Positions 50,651-62,004 of a stretch of 64,000 bases of DNA are shown one piece after another. The notes beneath the pieces are model-generated. The model was not told the DNA's origin. It did no database searches and worked only from the letters and a program-made list of their open reading frames with translations. The translations under genes were made by a program, and so were the position numbers. The first letter of the stretch is position 1. The number at the start of each line of letters is the position of its first letter. Source of the DNA: Sphyrna mokarran (taxonomy: Eukaryota); contig JAGIQG010000013.1 of the NCBI GenBank assembly GCA_024679065.1, positions 12,028,001 through 12,092,000 on the forward strand, read 5' to 3'.

Positions 50651-51295
50651 CAGATAACCACAATATGTGTCACGTTAAAACAAAAATTGAAATATATACT
50701 CCTGTACCGCCAATTCATACAATATCCTCAACATAAAAATAAACTTGGAGCCGGTAATAATGACATCAGAATACAAATCAACTTTGTTTATTGTCTGACT
50801 TCTAACTGTAACTGAGTGAATCTCTGGATCCTGGCTGGGCAGCCAACTTCAGCCAACAGCTTTGTTGTGCTACAAAGGGACAGATCAGGTTAATAATTCA
50901 CATCTCGGCCTCCTCCAATCAGCTGGCTGAAAGATGTTTCCATGGATGTTTATTTCTCCTATTCTTTCATGCCAGGAAATTGCAGAATTGTGTTCTCGTT
51001 TTCCCGAAACTGCTGCTGTCTTGACTCAGAATCGTTCCCAGATTCTGTTGTTCTCAGTGTTCTGACAGCTATGGTTCAGTGCATGGCATTTTCATATCTG
51101 AATTAGAGCAGACCCGCCCTCGAGACTCAAGCTGTTTACTAGGGCTGACAATCCCAGTACAGTTTTGAGGGAGTACTACACTATTGGAGGCGCTTGTCTT
51201 TCAGGTGAAGTGCTGAATTGAATCTCTGATGTCCTTGAATCCTGGCCTTGTTTTGAGAAGTAGATGTTCTGGCCAACATTTATCCCTCAAATAAG

Positions 51296-51481
51296 ACCAT
51301 TGTCGCTGGGTTAAAATTCTGGAACTCCCTTCTTAACAGCACATTGGATGTACCAAAACAACATGGACAGCAGTGGTTCAAGAAGGTGGTTCAACGTCAC
51401 CTTCTCAAAGACAATTAGAGATAAGTAACAAATGTTGGCCTTGCCAATGATGATTATATACCAAGAAAGAACTTAAAAAAA
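51296..51481 (+). mobile_element. LINE B 3' end
   Basis: gggttaaaattctggaactcccttcttaacagcac...ggttcaagaagg...caaatgttggccttgcc. Confidence 0.85.
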
Positions 51482-51525
51482 GCTATTTCTCGGTCTTGCA
51501 TCTCACTGGTGTTTATGGGAGCTGG

Positions 51526-51773
51526 AAGAAATCTCACAGGCCAGGTTAAAGTCCCACAGGTTTTTTTGGAATCATGAGCTTTTGGAGCTGCTCGTTCATC
51601 AGATGAGTGGAGAGGTAGGTGTGGTAGGTAGGGAACTTACCCCTCACTCACCTGATGAAAGAGCAGCACTCTGAAAGCTTGTGCTACCAAATAAACGTGT
51701 TGGACTTTAACCTGGTGTTGTGAGACTTCTTACTGTGCCAACCCCATTCCAATGCCGGCATCTCCACATCATG
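51526..51773. mobile_element. Penelope-derived inverted-pLTR element with hammerhead core and TSD
   Basis: ccaggttaaagtcc inverted against ggactttaacctgg; CTGATGA-a-AGAG-cagca-CTCT-GAAA at 51652-51676; atgggagctgg on both flanks. Confidence 0.85.
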
Positions 51774-51832
51774 TTAATGGGAGCTGGCTGGGTCTAACTT
51801 GGCTGACAATTTTCTATACAATGTAAAAGTGA

Positions 51833-52327
51833 GTCATTACAAGAAAGATGTGGAAGCTATTGAAAGGGTGCAGAGGAGATTTACTAGGATGTTGTCTGGA
51901 TTGGATGGCATGTCTCATGAGGATAGGTTGAGGGAGCTCGGTCTTTTCTCCTTGGAGAGACGAAGGATGAGAGGTGACCTGATAGAGATTAATAAGATGT
52001 TGAGAAGTATATATCACGTGGATTCTCAGAGGCTATTTCCCAGGGCTGAAATGGTCAGTATGAGAGGACACAGGTTTAAGGTGCTGGAGAGTAACTACAG
52101 AGGAGATGTCAAGGGTAAGATTTTCACTCAGAGGGTGGTGGGTGAGTGGAATCGGCTGCCGTCAGTGGTGGTGGGGTCTTTTAAGAGACTTCTGAATGAG
52201 AACATAGGATTTAATGGGATTGAGGGTTATAGATAGGTCTAGTAGTAGGGATATGATCAGCGCAACTTGTGGGCCGAAGGGCCTGTTTGTGCTGTGGTTT
52301 TCTATGTTCTATATTCTATGTTCTATG
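51833..52327 (+). mobile_element. Young CR1 3' fragment
   Basis: HYKKDVEAIERVQRRFTRML...FTQRVVGEWNRLP; (gttctat)n tail; same subfamily as 6161-6380. Confidence 0.95.
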
Positions 52328-52711
52328 ACTCCACTTTGACAGAATTTCATTGACTATACAGCACTGTGAGATGTAACAAAAATATTACTCTATAAATACG
52401 AGACTTCCTTGTTTTCTGAGGCCCAAGATAGTAAACCCTTACAGACCAGGGATAAACAGAAAGCACGTCCCTCAAAAAATGTATCTTTGGAAAGGGGAGT
52501 TCGCACCTGATTCCTTGGAAATGTTGGTACGCAGGATTGTACCTCTTTGTAATGAGTTTCCCATCTTAGATGCTTGGTCACTAGGATGGAGGTGAGAGGA
52601 AACACTGAAGATTTCCCATCCTCCATGATGGAAATCAGAGGAAGGTCAGCAGAGATTTCTAATGTGTCTGGTTGGTTAGAAGTAGCAGATGAGTATGTTA
52701 TCATTATTATG

Positions 52712-53056
52712 ATTCTGTCTACATTTCCCACAGCCTTGGAAAAGCAGCCAGCATAATCAAGGACCCCACGCACCCTGGACGTTCTCTCTTCTACCTTCTT
52801 CCATTGGGAAAAAGATGCAAAAGTCTGAGCTCACGTACCAACCGACTCAAGAATATCTGCCATCGGACTTTTGAATAGACCTATCTCGCACTAAGTTGAT
52901 CTTTCTCTACACCCTAGGTATGACTGTAATACTACATTCTGCACTCTCCTGTTTCCTCCTCTATGAACAGTATGCTCTCTCTGTAGAGCACGCAAGAAAC
53001 AATATTTTTCATTGTATACTAATACACTGCTAATAATAAATCAAATTAAAACAAAT
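52712..53056 (+). mobile_element. Rex1 3' fragment
   Basis: gaaaagcagccagcataatcaaggacccc...aataataaatcaaa. Confidence 0.9.
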
Positions 53057-53205
53057 AGATGAGGTTGTTCATGGAGAAAGTTGAGAGATTCTGTTGAAGG
53101 CAAGGCTGCTGGCAAGCTTTACAGTTATTAGACTTTATATAATCTATATGCAGTACAAGACTTCGCTTGTCTTACCTCACTGTTGATTTGCATTGTCTAT
53201 TTAGA

Positions 53206-55510
53206 TGTTGAACATTAACCCTTTGCAATAACTTTGGCTCACACGTTAGGTATGAAACAACTAACATTTATTTACAGTGTACTATCTTACAGTCTTGCAG
53301 CTGCTTGTCAACATCTGTTGTCGATCCACGGCAAAAGCCTCATTTGCTAGGGTGAGCCCCTACCCTGGTCCCTTGATTGGGTTTCCCTGGTCATGTGACC
53401 CTGTTGGCCAATGGACCATTAAAGGGGCCAGACATCACATCTTTTATCCTGCAAATCCAATCAAGTCTCTAATTCTATCAGATATGTTATTTACATTATC
53501 CTACACTCCTCCCCCGCCCCCTCCCCCTCCACTCTACACCACCCACAGAAGTCTCTGCTTTGTTTGCTGATTCTCAGAGATAAACATTATGGTGAAATCA
53601 CCAATCTTTCTGACTTTGCTCTCTCAGAGGATTGAAGATCTCCATGTTCTCTCTCAAACTCTGTAGAGAAACATGTGAATCACCAGAGACTAGCAGCTCT
53701 CTATCCAGGCTGTCTTCTCGATTTTCTGGATAGTTGGCCCATTTCATTGATTATCTGCATCTTAGAAACACAAGTGTGCCTCTGTTTCTTTTCACAATTC
53801 CATTTTCAGTCTCTGCAAGACAAGATCAGAGATGCAGTAATTTCTTTTCAAATATGGCCTTCACAATTCTGGTCATGCTTCACCTGGCCGCAATTCTGGT
53901 AAATCATGCACTCTATGTCATTAATTTGAGTCATAGAGTCATACAGTTCAAAAAGGCCCTTCGGCCCATCGAGTCTTACTGACAATATCTACTATGAAAG
54001 ACGCATTCATCCCATTTTCCTACATTTGCCTCACATTGTTGAATATTATGATATTTCAAGTGCTCATCCAAATATCTTTTAAAGATTATGAGGTTTCTGG
54101 CCTTGACTACCTTCCCAGGCAGTGTATTCCAGATTACCTCAACTCTCTGAGTGAAATTGTTTTTTTTCAAACCCCCTCTGCTTTGATTTGCAAAATGCTC
54201 ACCTTCTTTATCTCTTAGTCTCACCTTAGTTGCTTTGATATATGGCATAAGCTTGTGCAGAAGAACAGGGAGCCATATCTTTAGTCATCTTCCCATTTGA
54301 GGTTCTGGTGAAGCCAAACCATTTGGGAGTGGTGTGGGATGGCAGCCAAGTGGACATTGTCATTTTTCTTCAACTATTCCGTTAACTTTCATATGCTCCT
54401 TCTGGCCTCTTCAGTAGCTTCTGGGTATCTGAGTGAATTAGTCATATGGACAAATTCACAGGCTTCTGTGAACTGCTTAAAACATTTGTTTGCAAACTGT
54501 GGGCCATTGTCTGAAATGACTAGATTTGGAATGCCATCTGTGGCAAACATGTATTTTAGTGATTTAATAACTGCTTTCAAGGTTATAGAATAAAAACATT
54601 GAACTTCAATCCATCTGGAGTGATAGACAACAATTCTAAGGAATGTCTCCCCTTTGAGCTTGAAAAGACCCATTTTGGGATTTTCCCATAGTCTAGACAG
54701 AAATGTGGATTTCATCAGTGGTTCCTTTCATTCCAAATGATTCAAAATCACTTCCTCTGGTGACTTTGAGATCCCTGGTCATCAAACAGAATTTGGGCTC
54801 TAACTTTAGAATGTCCAGGGTGTTCCTGATGTGTTCTCCGAAGGATCTCAAGTCTGAAGGCTCTATTTATGACCAATCCCTCATCATAAAGCACCATTCA
54901 TCCACAACACTGAGATACCTTAATTAGTCAAAATATTAATTCAGGTGGAGATTGTTTGGAACATATTCTGGCTATCCTTTGTTGCAGAATTCCTGAATTT
55001 TAGCACAATCTTCATCTGCTTTTTGTGTCTTTCAAATTTCATTAAACTCTGCGTTTGTGCTGGTAGGAATTTTGTGGTCAATGAGGTGTAGGGCTCCACA
55101 TCTGTTGTTCAGGCTTTTCAACTGGAATGCATGACAATGTGTCTGCTGTTTGCTGTTTTTCTTAGACATATTCGATTGTGGCATCAGATCTTAAGAGTCT
55201 CAGACAACATTTCTGGATCCTTGGTGTTACCTTTGTTAATTCTTTAGCATTTGATAACTTAACTAACAGCATGTGGTCTGTCTCAGTAGTCAACTTTAAG
55301 CCTAAGCCGTAGTCAGTTCTCACAGATCCATGTAGCTGCTAATGCTTCTTTTTCGATTTTAAGATGCATAGTATCCTGGTCTTTGTTTTCCATTTGGAAG
55401 AGTGCTGCTCTAGGCCAGCCGCTTATGCACCCACTGAAACTGTCATGGGTATTTCTGGATCATGATGTGCCAATATGTCTGGTGAAATATGCATTTTTGT
55501 TATCTTTTAG
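53206..55510 (-). mobile_element. Gypsy (Ty3) LTR retrotransposon remnant: RNase H, integrase, PPT and 3' LTR
   Basis: Integrase YHSRWIE...FATDGIPNLVISDNGPQF...SLRYPEATEEARR (54389-54715); RNase H IEKEALAATW...ETDH (~55270-55360); PPT 53506-53530 abuts an LTR at 53206-53505 that starts TGTAGG on the minus strand. Confidence 0.85.
53925..54190 (-). mobile_element. CR1 3' fragment inside Gypsy
   Basis: FTQRVEVIWNTLP...FKRYLDEHL plus tail. Confidence 0.85.
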
Positions 55511-55539
55511 GAGATTTTTTTGATATTCCATGCTTAGAT

Positions 55540-55852
55540 CCATTAAAGACCTCATGCATCCCAGACATATCGTCTCCCACCTCCTTTTGTCAAACGAAAG
55601 ATACAAAAGTTTGAGGTCACATACCAACCGATTCAAGAGCAGCTTCTTCCTTGCTGCTGTCAGATTTTTGAATGGACTTACAATGCATCAAGTTGATCTT
55701 GCTCTACATCTTAGCTATGACAGTAAGACTACATTCTGCACTCTATCCTTTCCTTCTCTAAGAACAGTATATTTTGTCTGTATAGTGTGCAAGAAACAAT
55801 GCTTTTCACTGCATACTTAATATGTGTCAATAATAAATTAAATCAAAATCAA
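55540..55852 (+). mobile_element. Rex1 3' fragment
   Basis: RYKSLRSHTNRFKSSFFLAAVRFLN; tail aataaattaaatcaaa. Confidence 0.9.
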
Positions 55853-55874
55853 GTGGTCTTACAGAGACTTATTT

Positions 55875-56095
55875 GGGGCGGTTCAGTGTCACAGTGGTTA
55901 GCGCTGTTGCCTCATAACACCAGGGATCCTGGATCGATTCCCAGCTTGGATCACTGTCTGTGTGGAGTTTGCAAGTAGATTGGTCATGTTAAGTTGTCCC
56001 TCGGTGTCAGGGGTTATGGACTGGGTGGGATTCTGGTCAGTGCAGACCTGATGAGCTTAACATCCTCCTTTTGCATTGTAAGATTCTATGATTCT
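55875..56095 (+). mobile_element. V-SINE HE1-like, CR1-type tail, internally deleted
   Basis: ggatcgattccc B box; tail gattctatgattct. Confidence 0.85.
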
Positions 56096-56154
56096 ACATG
56101 TGACAGTTGAGGGAGGAATTTGCCTATTTTTTTTGACCTTTCCCATGATTCCCA

Positions 56155-56750
56155 TGGGGATTGAATTTCGGAGCCGCAACGTCATGTTGCAACTGTACAA
56201 AACTCTAGTGCGGCCGCACTTGGAGTATTGTGTGCAGTTCTGGTCCCCACATTATAAGAAAGATGTGGAGGCATTGGAGAGGGTACAGAGGAGGTTTACC
56301 AGGATGTTGCCTGGTATGGAGGGCAGGTCTTATGAAGAGAGGCTGAGGGATTTGAGGTTGTTTTCGTTAGAAAGGAGGCGGCTAAGAGGGAACCTAATCG
56401 AAACATATAAGATGATTAGAGGTTTAGATAGGGTGGACAGTGATAGCCTTTTTCCTAGGATGGAGAAAGCTAGCACGAGGGGACACAGCTTTAAATTAAG
56501 GGGTGATAGTTATAGGACGGATATCAGAGGTAGGTTCTTTACCCAAAGGGTGGTTCGGGAGTGGAATGCCCTGCCTGCAGCAGTTGTAGATGCGCCAAGT
56601 TTGGTGGCGTTTAAGAGGTTAGTTGATAAGTATATGGAAGAGAAGGGAATGGTTTAGTTTGGAGGGGCATTGCTTTTTATATTAGTCGGCGCAACATCGA
56701 AGGCCGAAGGGCCTGTTCTGTGCTGTAATGTTCTATGTTCTATGTTCTAT
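56155..56750 (+). mobile_element. Young 5'-truncated CR1 with open ORF2 C-terminus
   Basis: GIEFRSRNVMLQLYKTLVRPHLEYCVQFWSPHYKKD...TRGHSFKL...FFTQRVVREWNALP with no stops; (gttctat)n tail; CpGs retained. Confidence 0.95.
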
Positions 56751-57087
56751 GAAACACTAAAACTCTAAAGCTGTGAGATGGTGGAAAATATTTTAGTATC
56801 TTGGTCTTTTTGGGCCTGATGCCTGATGAATAAACAGTATACCTGAGAAATTTAAATAGTTGGTTGTGAAAACACCCTCAATTATTGTTGAGAGTTAGTC
56901 TTGCTTTTTCCAAGTATTGCAATATTGTTCTCGCTCTTTTGTCATGCTTCTGTGGGATGGACCTGTGGATCAAGATGTCATCTATGTGGCAGATGACCCT
57001 CTCTAGTCCTCGTAAAATGCCTGTCATTGTCCTCTGAAAAATCTCCAATTGCAATGTAATTCCAAAGGAGAATCACAAAGCAATTAG

Positions 57088-57572
57088 GTCGAGTTTGGAA
57101 TGCACTGCCTGGGAATGTGGTGGAGGCAGGTTCAATTGAGGCATTCAAGAGGGCATTAGATTTGATTGTGATTTGATTTGATTTATTATTGTTCTCAGCG
57201 TACAGTGAAAAGAATTATTTCTTGCTCTATACAGAATACATAGGGAAAAAGGAAAAACAAAGGTGTAGAATATAGCATTACATTCATAGCTAAGGTGTAG
57301 AGAAAGATATAACATAGATCCATTCATAAGTCTGATGGCAGCAGGGAAGAAGCTGTTCTTGAGTCAGTTGGTATGCGACCTCAGACTTTTGCATCTTTTT
57401 TCCAACAGAAGCAGAAGAGAAAATGTCCAGGATAATTATTTGAATAGAAACAATGTGCAGGGGTATGGAGAGAAGGCAGGGGAATGGCACTAAGTCACAA
57501 TGCTCATTTGGAGAACTGGTGGGGACACGATGGGCCAAATGGCCTCCTTCTGCCCCGTAACAATTCTGTGAC
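57088..57572 (+). mobile_element. CR1 3' fragment split by Rex1
   Basis: gcattcaagagggcattagat | gataattatttgaatag...gggccaaatggcctccttctg. Confidence 0.8.
57160..57430 (-). mobile_element. Rex1 3' fragment
   Basis: (gattt)n tail; tctgatggcagcagggaagaagctgttcttgagtc. Confidence 0.9.
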
Positions 57573-57749
57573 TGTGTAAGATTGAGGAAATATCTCCCAG
57601 TGGTGTGATGTGGGTAGTTTGAACACCTCGTCCAAAGGTAGTTGTCAGAAACCTCTGCACCTAATTTTGTAAAGAGTGTGCTTCTTGCTTGCTTTGCCAG
57701 ACTGTCATCCACAGATGTCATTTGGTTATTCCCACTCCCAACTGCTTTG

Positions 57750-57950
57750 TTCAATTGCCAGAGGAAGTAGTAGAGGCAGGCACAATTTTGTCTTTTAAAA
57801 AGTATTTAGACAGTTACATAGATAAGATGGGTACAGAGGGATATGGGTCAAATGCAGGCATTTGGGAATAACTTAATGGTTAAAAAAAAGGGTGGCATGG
57901 ACAAGTTGGGCAGAAGGGCCTGCTTCCATGCTGTATACCTCTATGACTCA
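57750..57950 (+). mobile_element. CR1 3' fragment
   Basis: LPEEVVEAGTILSFKKYLD plus tail. Confidence 0.85.
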
Positions 57951-58149
57951 ATGAGATTAACACAGATTTGTATGGAGACAATTTGTTTTGGTACAGGAAC
58001 CATGCATGAATATCAAATTGTAAGTTTGGTCATAGGCACATATTAACCAAATTTCCTATTTCTGTAAAAGTGAATGTGGAACTTCCTTTGGGGTGAACAG
58101 GCACCCTGCTTTGTATCTGATCTGTAATGTAGTGTCAAAGCACTGTTTT

Positions 58150-58774
58150 GGTCAGCACTGGAGTGTTGCTTTGGGCTGCATTAGAGAGCTTAAAATAGAC
58201 TTTGGAGATTGAGGGAATTTGAGGACTGAGTTAAGGGTTAACTTTTATCTGAAGTCAAGTCTTTCTTGAAATTAGGAATTATTTCAGATTTGCTGTTTAG
58301 GTTGGAAGAAGCCCGATTCACTTTAAAACAAGGCTTATAAAGGCACTGCTTGCAGCTGCAACAATTTAATTATATAATTGCTTTAAACAGGTTTACAAGA
58401 TGCCTGATTGAGAGATCATAAAAAGCAGGTTGCTTTCAGTACTGCTTTTTTCTGTACAAGAGAATTGCTTTGGACTGCAGTAGAGTGCTTCAGGTAGAGT
58501 TTGGTGACTGAGGGAATTTGATGAAAAGGGGTCCAATTGATCCTTTCATTTTCTACCTTTCTTCAGAAAGAAGACCTGGAAGGACCTAGTGACCTATTGT
58601 CCTTAATGTTCTCTGAACTAGAAGAAGTAAAAAGTGAAGGGAGTAATTTAAGGATAAGTTATGCCAGGGCAGCACAGCCATATGAAATGCTCCTCCTGTG
58701 TGATGTGGGAACTCAGGGACACTTCCAGTGCCCAGATTGATCACGTGTGCTGGAAGTGTCTTCAGCTGCAGCTA
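58150..58774 (+). mobile_element. CR1 5' UTR and ORF1 zinc-finger start
   Basis: 58661-58774 encodes MPGQHSHMKCSSCVMWELRDTSSAQIDHVCWKCLQLQL (CxxC...CxxC); ~57-bp direct repeat at 58166 and 58465. Confidence 0.75.
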
Positions 58775-59965
58775 TTTATTTTATTTATTAGTCACAAGTA
58801 GGCTTATATTAACATTGCAATGAAATTACTGTGAAAATCCCCGAGTTGCCACACTCCGGCGCCTGTTCGGGAACAAAGAACAACACAGCACAGGAAACAG
58901 GCCCTTTGACCCAATGAGCCCATGCTGCCATTTTAAAGTTCCCACTTCCACCCACCACCCTTGTCTATGTTTATGGAAATCTGCATTGGAACCAAATTGG
59001 GGAGACAATTTAGGGGCAATTTGTTTTGCTAATCAGTTTAAGAGCACATCTTTGGGGTGTGGGAGGAAACGGGAGCACCCGAAGAAAACCCACGTAAGCA
59101 CAGGGAGAATGCGCAAACTCCCAGATACCAGCCCAAATCCCTGTATCTGCACAGCAACAGTGGTAGTCACTGAGCTGTTGTGTTGGCCATCAACTGGTAC
59201 AGTTTAAGCATACACTAGTGATGTGAAGCAATAGGCTACTCTCGAAAAATCCAAGAGCAGCCCTCTCATGACCCATCGTGTGTATGCCCCTTGTTGGACA
59301 ATAAGGTGGACTGAAGAACCTGTAGGATAAGAGAAATACATAATAACATGCACAATTTATGCAATTCCCAGGAACATCCCAAGGCTCATGATCCCTATTT
59401 AAATCAGTCTACTATATCCTTCCATCCCTATTCCGCTCATGTGCCTATCTAAGTATCTCTTAAATAACTCAGCGTGCCTGCCTCCACCACCTTACCTGGA
59501 AGTGTAAGTGCATTCCATACCTCCACCACCTCCCTCTAACATCCAAATTATACCTTGCCCCCCTCACCCTAAGCCCGTGGCCCCTCGTAATATTTGATTC
59601 CAACCTAGGAAAAAGCTTACCACTGTTTATTCTATCTATACCCTTCATAATCTTGTACACCTCTATTAGATCTTCTCTCAGTCTCCATCTTTCTAAAGAA
59701 AACAGCCCCAATTTGCCTAACCTTTCCTCGTAACCCAGTCCTTCCATACCAGGCAGCATCTTGGTAAACCTCCTCTGCGCTCTTTCCAGGGTCTCCATGT
59801 CCTTCCGGTAGTAAGACAACCAGACTGGACACAGTACACTGAGGGAGAATTTTGTATGGCCAATGCATCTAACCAGCACGTCTTTTAGACTGAGAAGAAA
59901 CTGGAGCACCCAAAGGAAACCCAGACAAACATAGGGAAAATGTGTAAACTCCACATGGACAGTGG
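58775..59965 (-). mobile_element. V-SINE, Rex1-type tail, split (58775-58871 and 59836-59965)
   Basis: cctgttcggg | gtacactgagggagaatt rejoins the SINE consensus seen in intact copies. Confidence 0.85.
58872..59835 (-). mobile_element. CR1 LINE with V-SINE-derived 3' UTR, copy 2
   Basis: ORF2 YYRKDMETLERAQRRF...TRGHGL...FKRYLDRHM ends ~59400, followed by a ~530-bp 3' UTR containing a V-SINE body (~59010-59190). Confidence 0.85.
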
Positions 59966-60300
59966 AGTTTACTGCATATTTTTGAGCAGGGAGCCATTGG
60001 ATTCCAATCCAGGCAGAATCCAGGCTGAATTCCCTGACCTACAAATCCATCAGGACCCTCCTGCCTTTCCTGCCGGATCAGTTCCCACAGCATTGCCCAG
60101 GCTTTCAGATACTGGCATTGTGCCAGGTAAATTGGGTCAAGTACATACCAACAGAGAGCCACCAGAATCTCCTGAATTAAAAAGGAATGTTGTAAGTGGG
60201 GGGCTCCTTGTTTTAGTTGGCAGGTAGTCCAGCTGTTGCTCTGTGCCAGGGGCCATGTTTGTATGACAGTGTGATACACCCGTGCTTATACCATTGCTCA

Positions 60301-60585
60301 GAGAATCGCAGAATCCTGTAGTGAAGGAGGAAGCCATTCGACCCATCGAGTCTGCATCGACAACAATCTTATCCAGGTTCTATCCCTATAACCACATACA
60401 TTCACCCTAGCTAGTGCCTCTAACACGAAGGGGTAATTTAGCATGGCTAATCCACCTGACCTGCACATCTTTGGACACTAAGGGGCAATTAGCATGACCA
60501 ACCTGCCTGACCTGCACATCTTTGGAGGAAACCAGAGCACCTGAAGGAAACCCACACAGACACAAAGAGAACGTGCAAACTCCTA
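60301..60585 (-). mobile_element. V-SINE HE1-like, CR1-type tail, with internal ~52-bp duplication
   Basis: aggggtaatttagcatgg...cctgacctgcacatctttgg occurs twice. Confidence 0.85.
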
Positions 60586-61007
60586 ATCCCCCTCTCTCAG
60601 TCACGGCATAGTCTCTCGGTTCAGGTTTTCATCTTGTTATTGAACTTTTCTCTTTAACTTAAATCAGACTGAGTACACAGGAGTAACCTGTAAGGGTGTA
60701 ATAATATTTACATTGCATTTAACACTGTGGTTCAAATCCTATGCCGAGCTGTGTGCCCACAGTGCCCTCCATCTGACCCTGCTTGATTGCTTCCACATTA
60801 CACATCTGGATATATTGTTCATGGGAGATATGTGCAACTGTCTTAGGTCCCTCAAACCATTCCTAGAAGATAATCCCTGCTTTCGAACAATCACTGATCT
60901 CTCCAATTCAGCTCCCAGAAATATTTGCTTTTTGTGTTAGCTATTGACGACATCAAGAGACGTGCAGTTTTCACCAGACTTTGATACAAGCAGTGTGGTT
61001 CAAACTT

Positions 61008-61080
61008 TAGTTAAAGTTTATTTATTAGTTACAAATAAGGCTTACATTAACACTACAATGAAGTTACTGTGAATTTCCCC
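61008..61080 (-). mobile_element. Isolated tail of Rex1-tailed V-SINE
   Basis: gtttatttattagttacaaataaggcttacattaacactacaatgaagttactgtgaa. Confidence 0.85.
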
Positions 61081-62004
61081 TTAATCCTTCAGGCTCATTG
61101 GGTAAAGAATGAGAAAAAACAGAAAATAAGAACATTTGTTCATATATGAAACTTTCCAGTCTTATAGTTAGAAATTTGATCTTTGAAATTCCAGCTTGCC
61201 TCTGGCATGGAACCAGTGCAATCTGGGACAGGGGTTGGGGAGCGACTTGATCAGAAATCATTTTCCACTGAGTTTTTATCCCTTTCTGAGATTGCAATTA
61301 TTCTTCTCAGAACAGCCTCTCCCCTCCTCACCAGGTCACAGAATTGGGGCAAAGGGTAGGTGTTGGCAGAGAGATAAGTGGTCTCTGTCCAGTGTATGGC
61401 CAAATGAACATGTATGGTATGTATATGGAGTGTAAATACAGTTCACCCTGTCATCTGCAATATCTGCTTCCTCCCTTGGACAGACAGGCTGCTGTTATAG
61501 AAAGCAGCAAGGGGACATTTGGGAATTAAAAGTGCAACTTTCGGTCACTCTAGTTCACCTGCTTCCACACCCCCCTCCCCTCCAACTACTGAGGTATCTT
61601 CGGACTTCCAATTACATCTGAAAGTATTGCTCGCAAATTCCCATGCCACACAACATGCATATGCTCATGGCATCATGCATGACATGGGCAACTGTCCCTT
61701 TTTCTGCAAGTTTTTGCTTCCTGTATGAGGTTATTTCAGAGGAAGACATGTGCATGCAGATCCTGTCCTTTTGCACATCTGGTGCTGTGGTTGCAGCAAT
61801 TCATTGGTCCTTAGTGGGCCTAATCCACCAGTGCGTCTCCCCCCCCCCACCCCCATTTTAGGTTTAGCCCCATCAGATCTCTGCGCTCTTCCAATTCTGG
61901 CCTTTAGTACCTTCCAATTTTCTTTTTTTTCATTACTGGGGCTGTGGTTTCAGTTGCCTACAGCCCATAGAATTCCCTCTCCACCTCTACACTGTCCTCT
62001 ATGT

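Larger units (their letters stand above)
51068..52378 (+). mobile_element. DeuSINE split into four pieces by three insertions
   Basis: Pieces ~51068-51292, 51482-51525, 51774-51832 and 52328-52378 reassemble into a DeuSINE. Confidence 0.65.

Noticed and set aside
56088-56657. 189-aa ORF as a host gene
   Set aside because: It is the C-terminus of CR1 ORF2 from a 5'-truncated copy; the first ~22 codons are flanking DNA.
59469-59954. 161-aa SINE-RT fusion ORF
   Set aside because: Chance in-frame junction of a CR1 inserted into a SINE.
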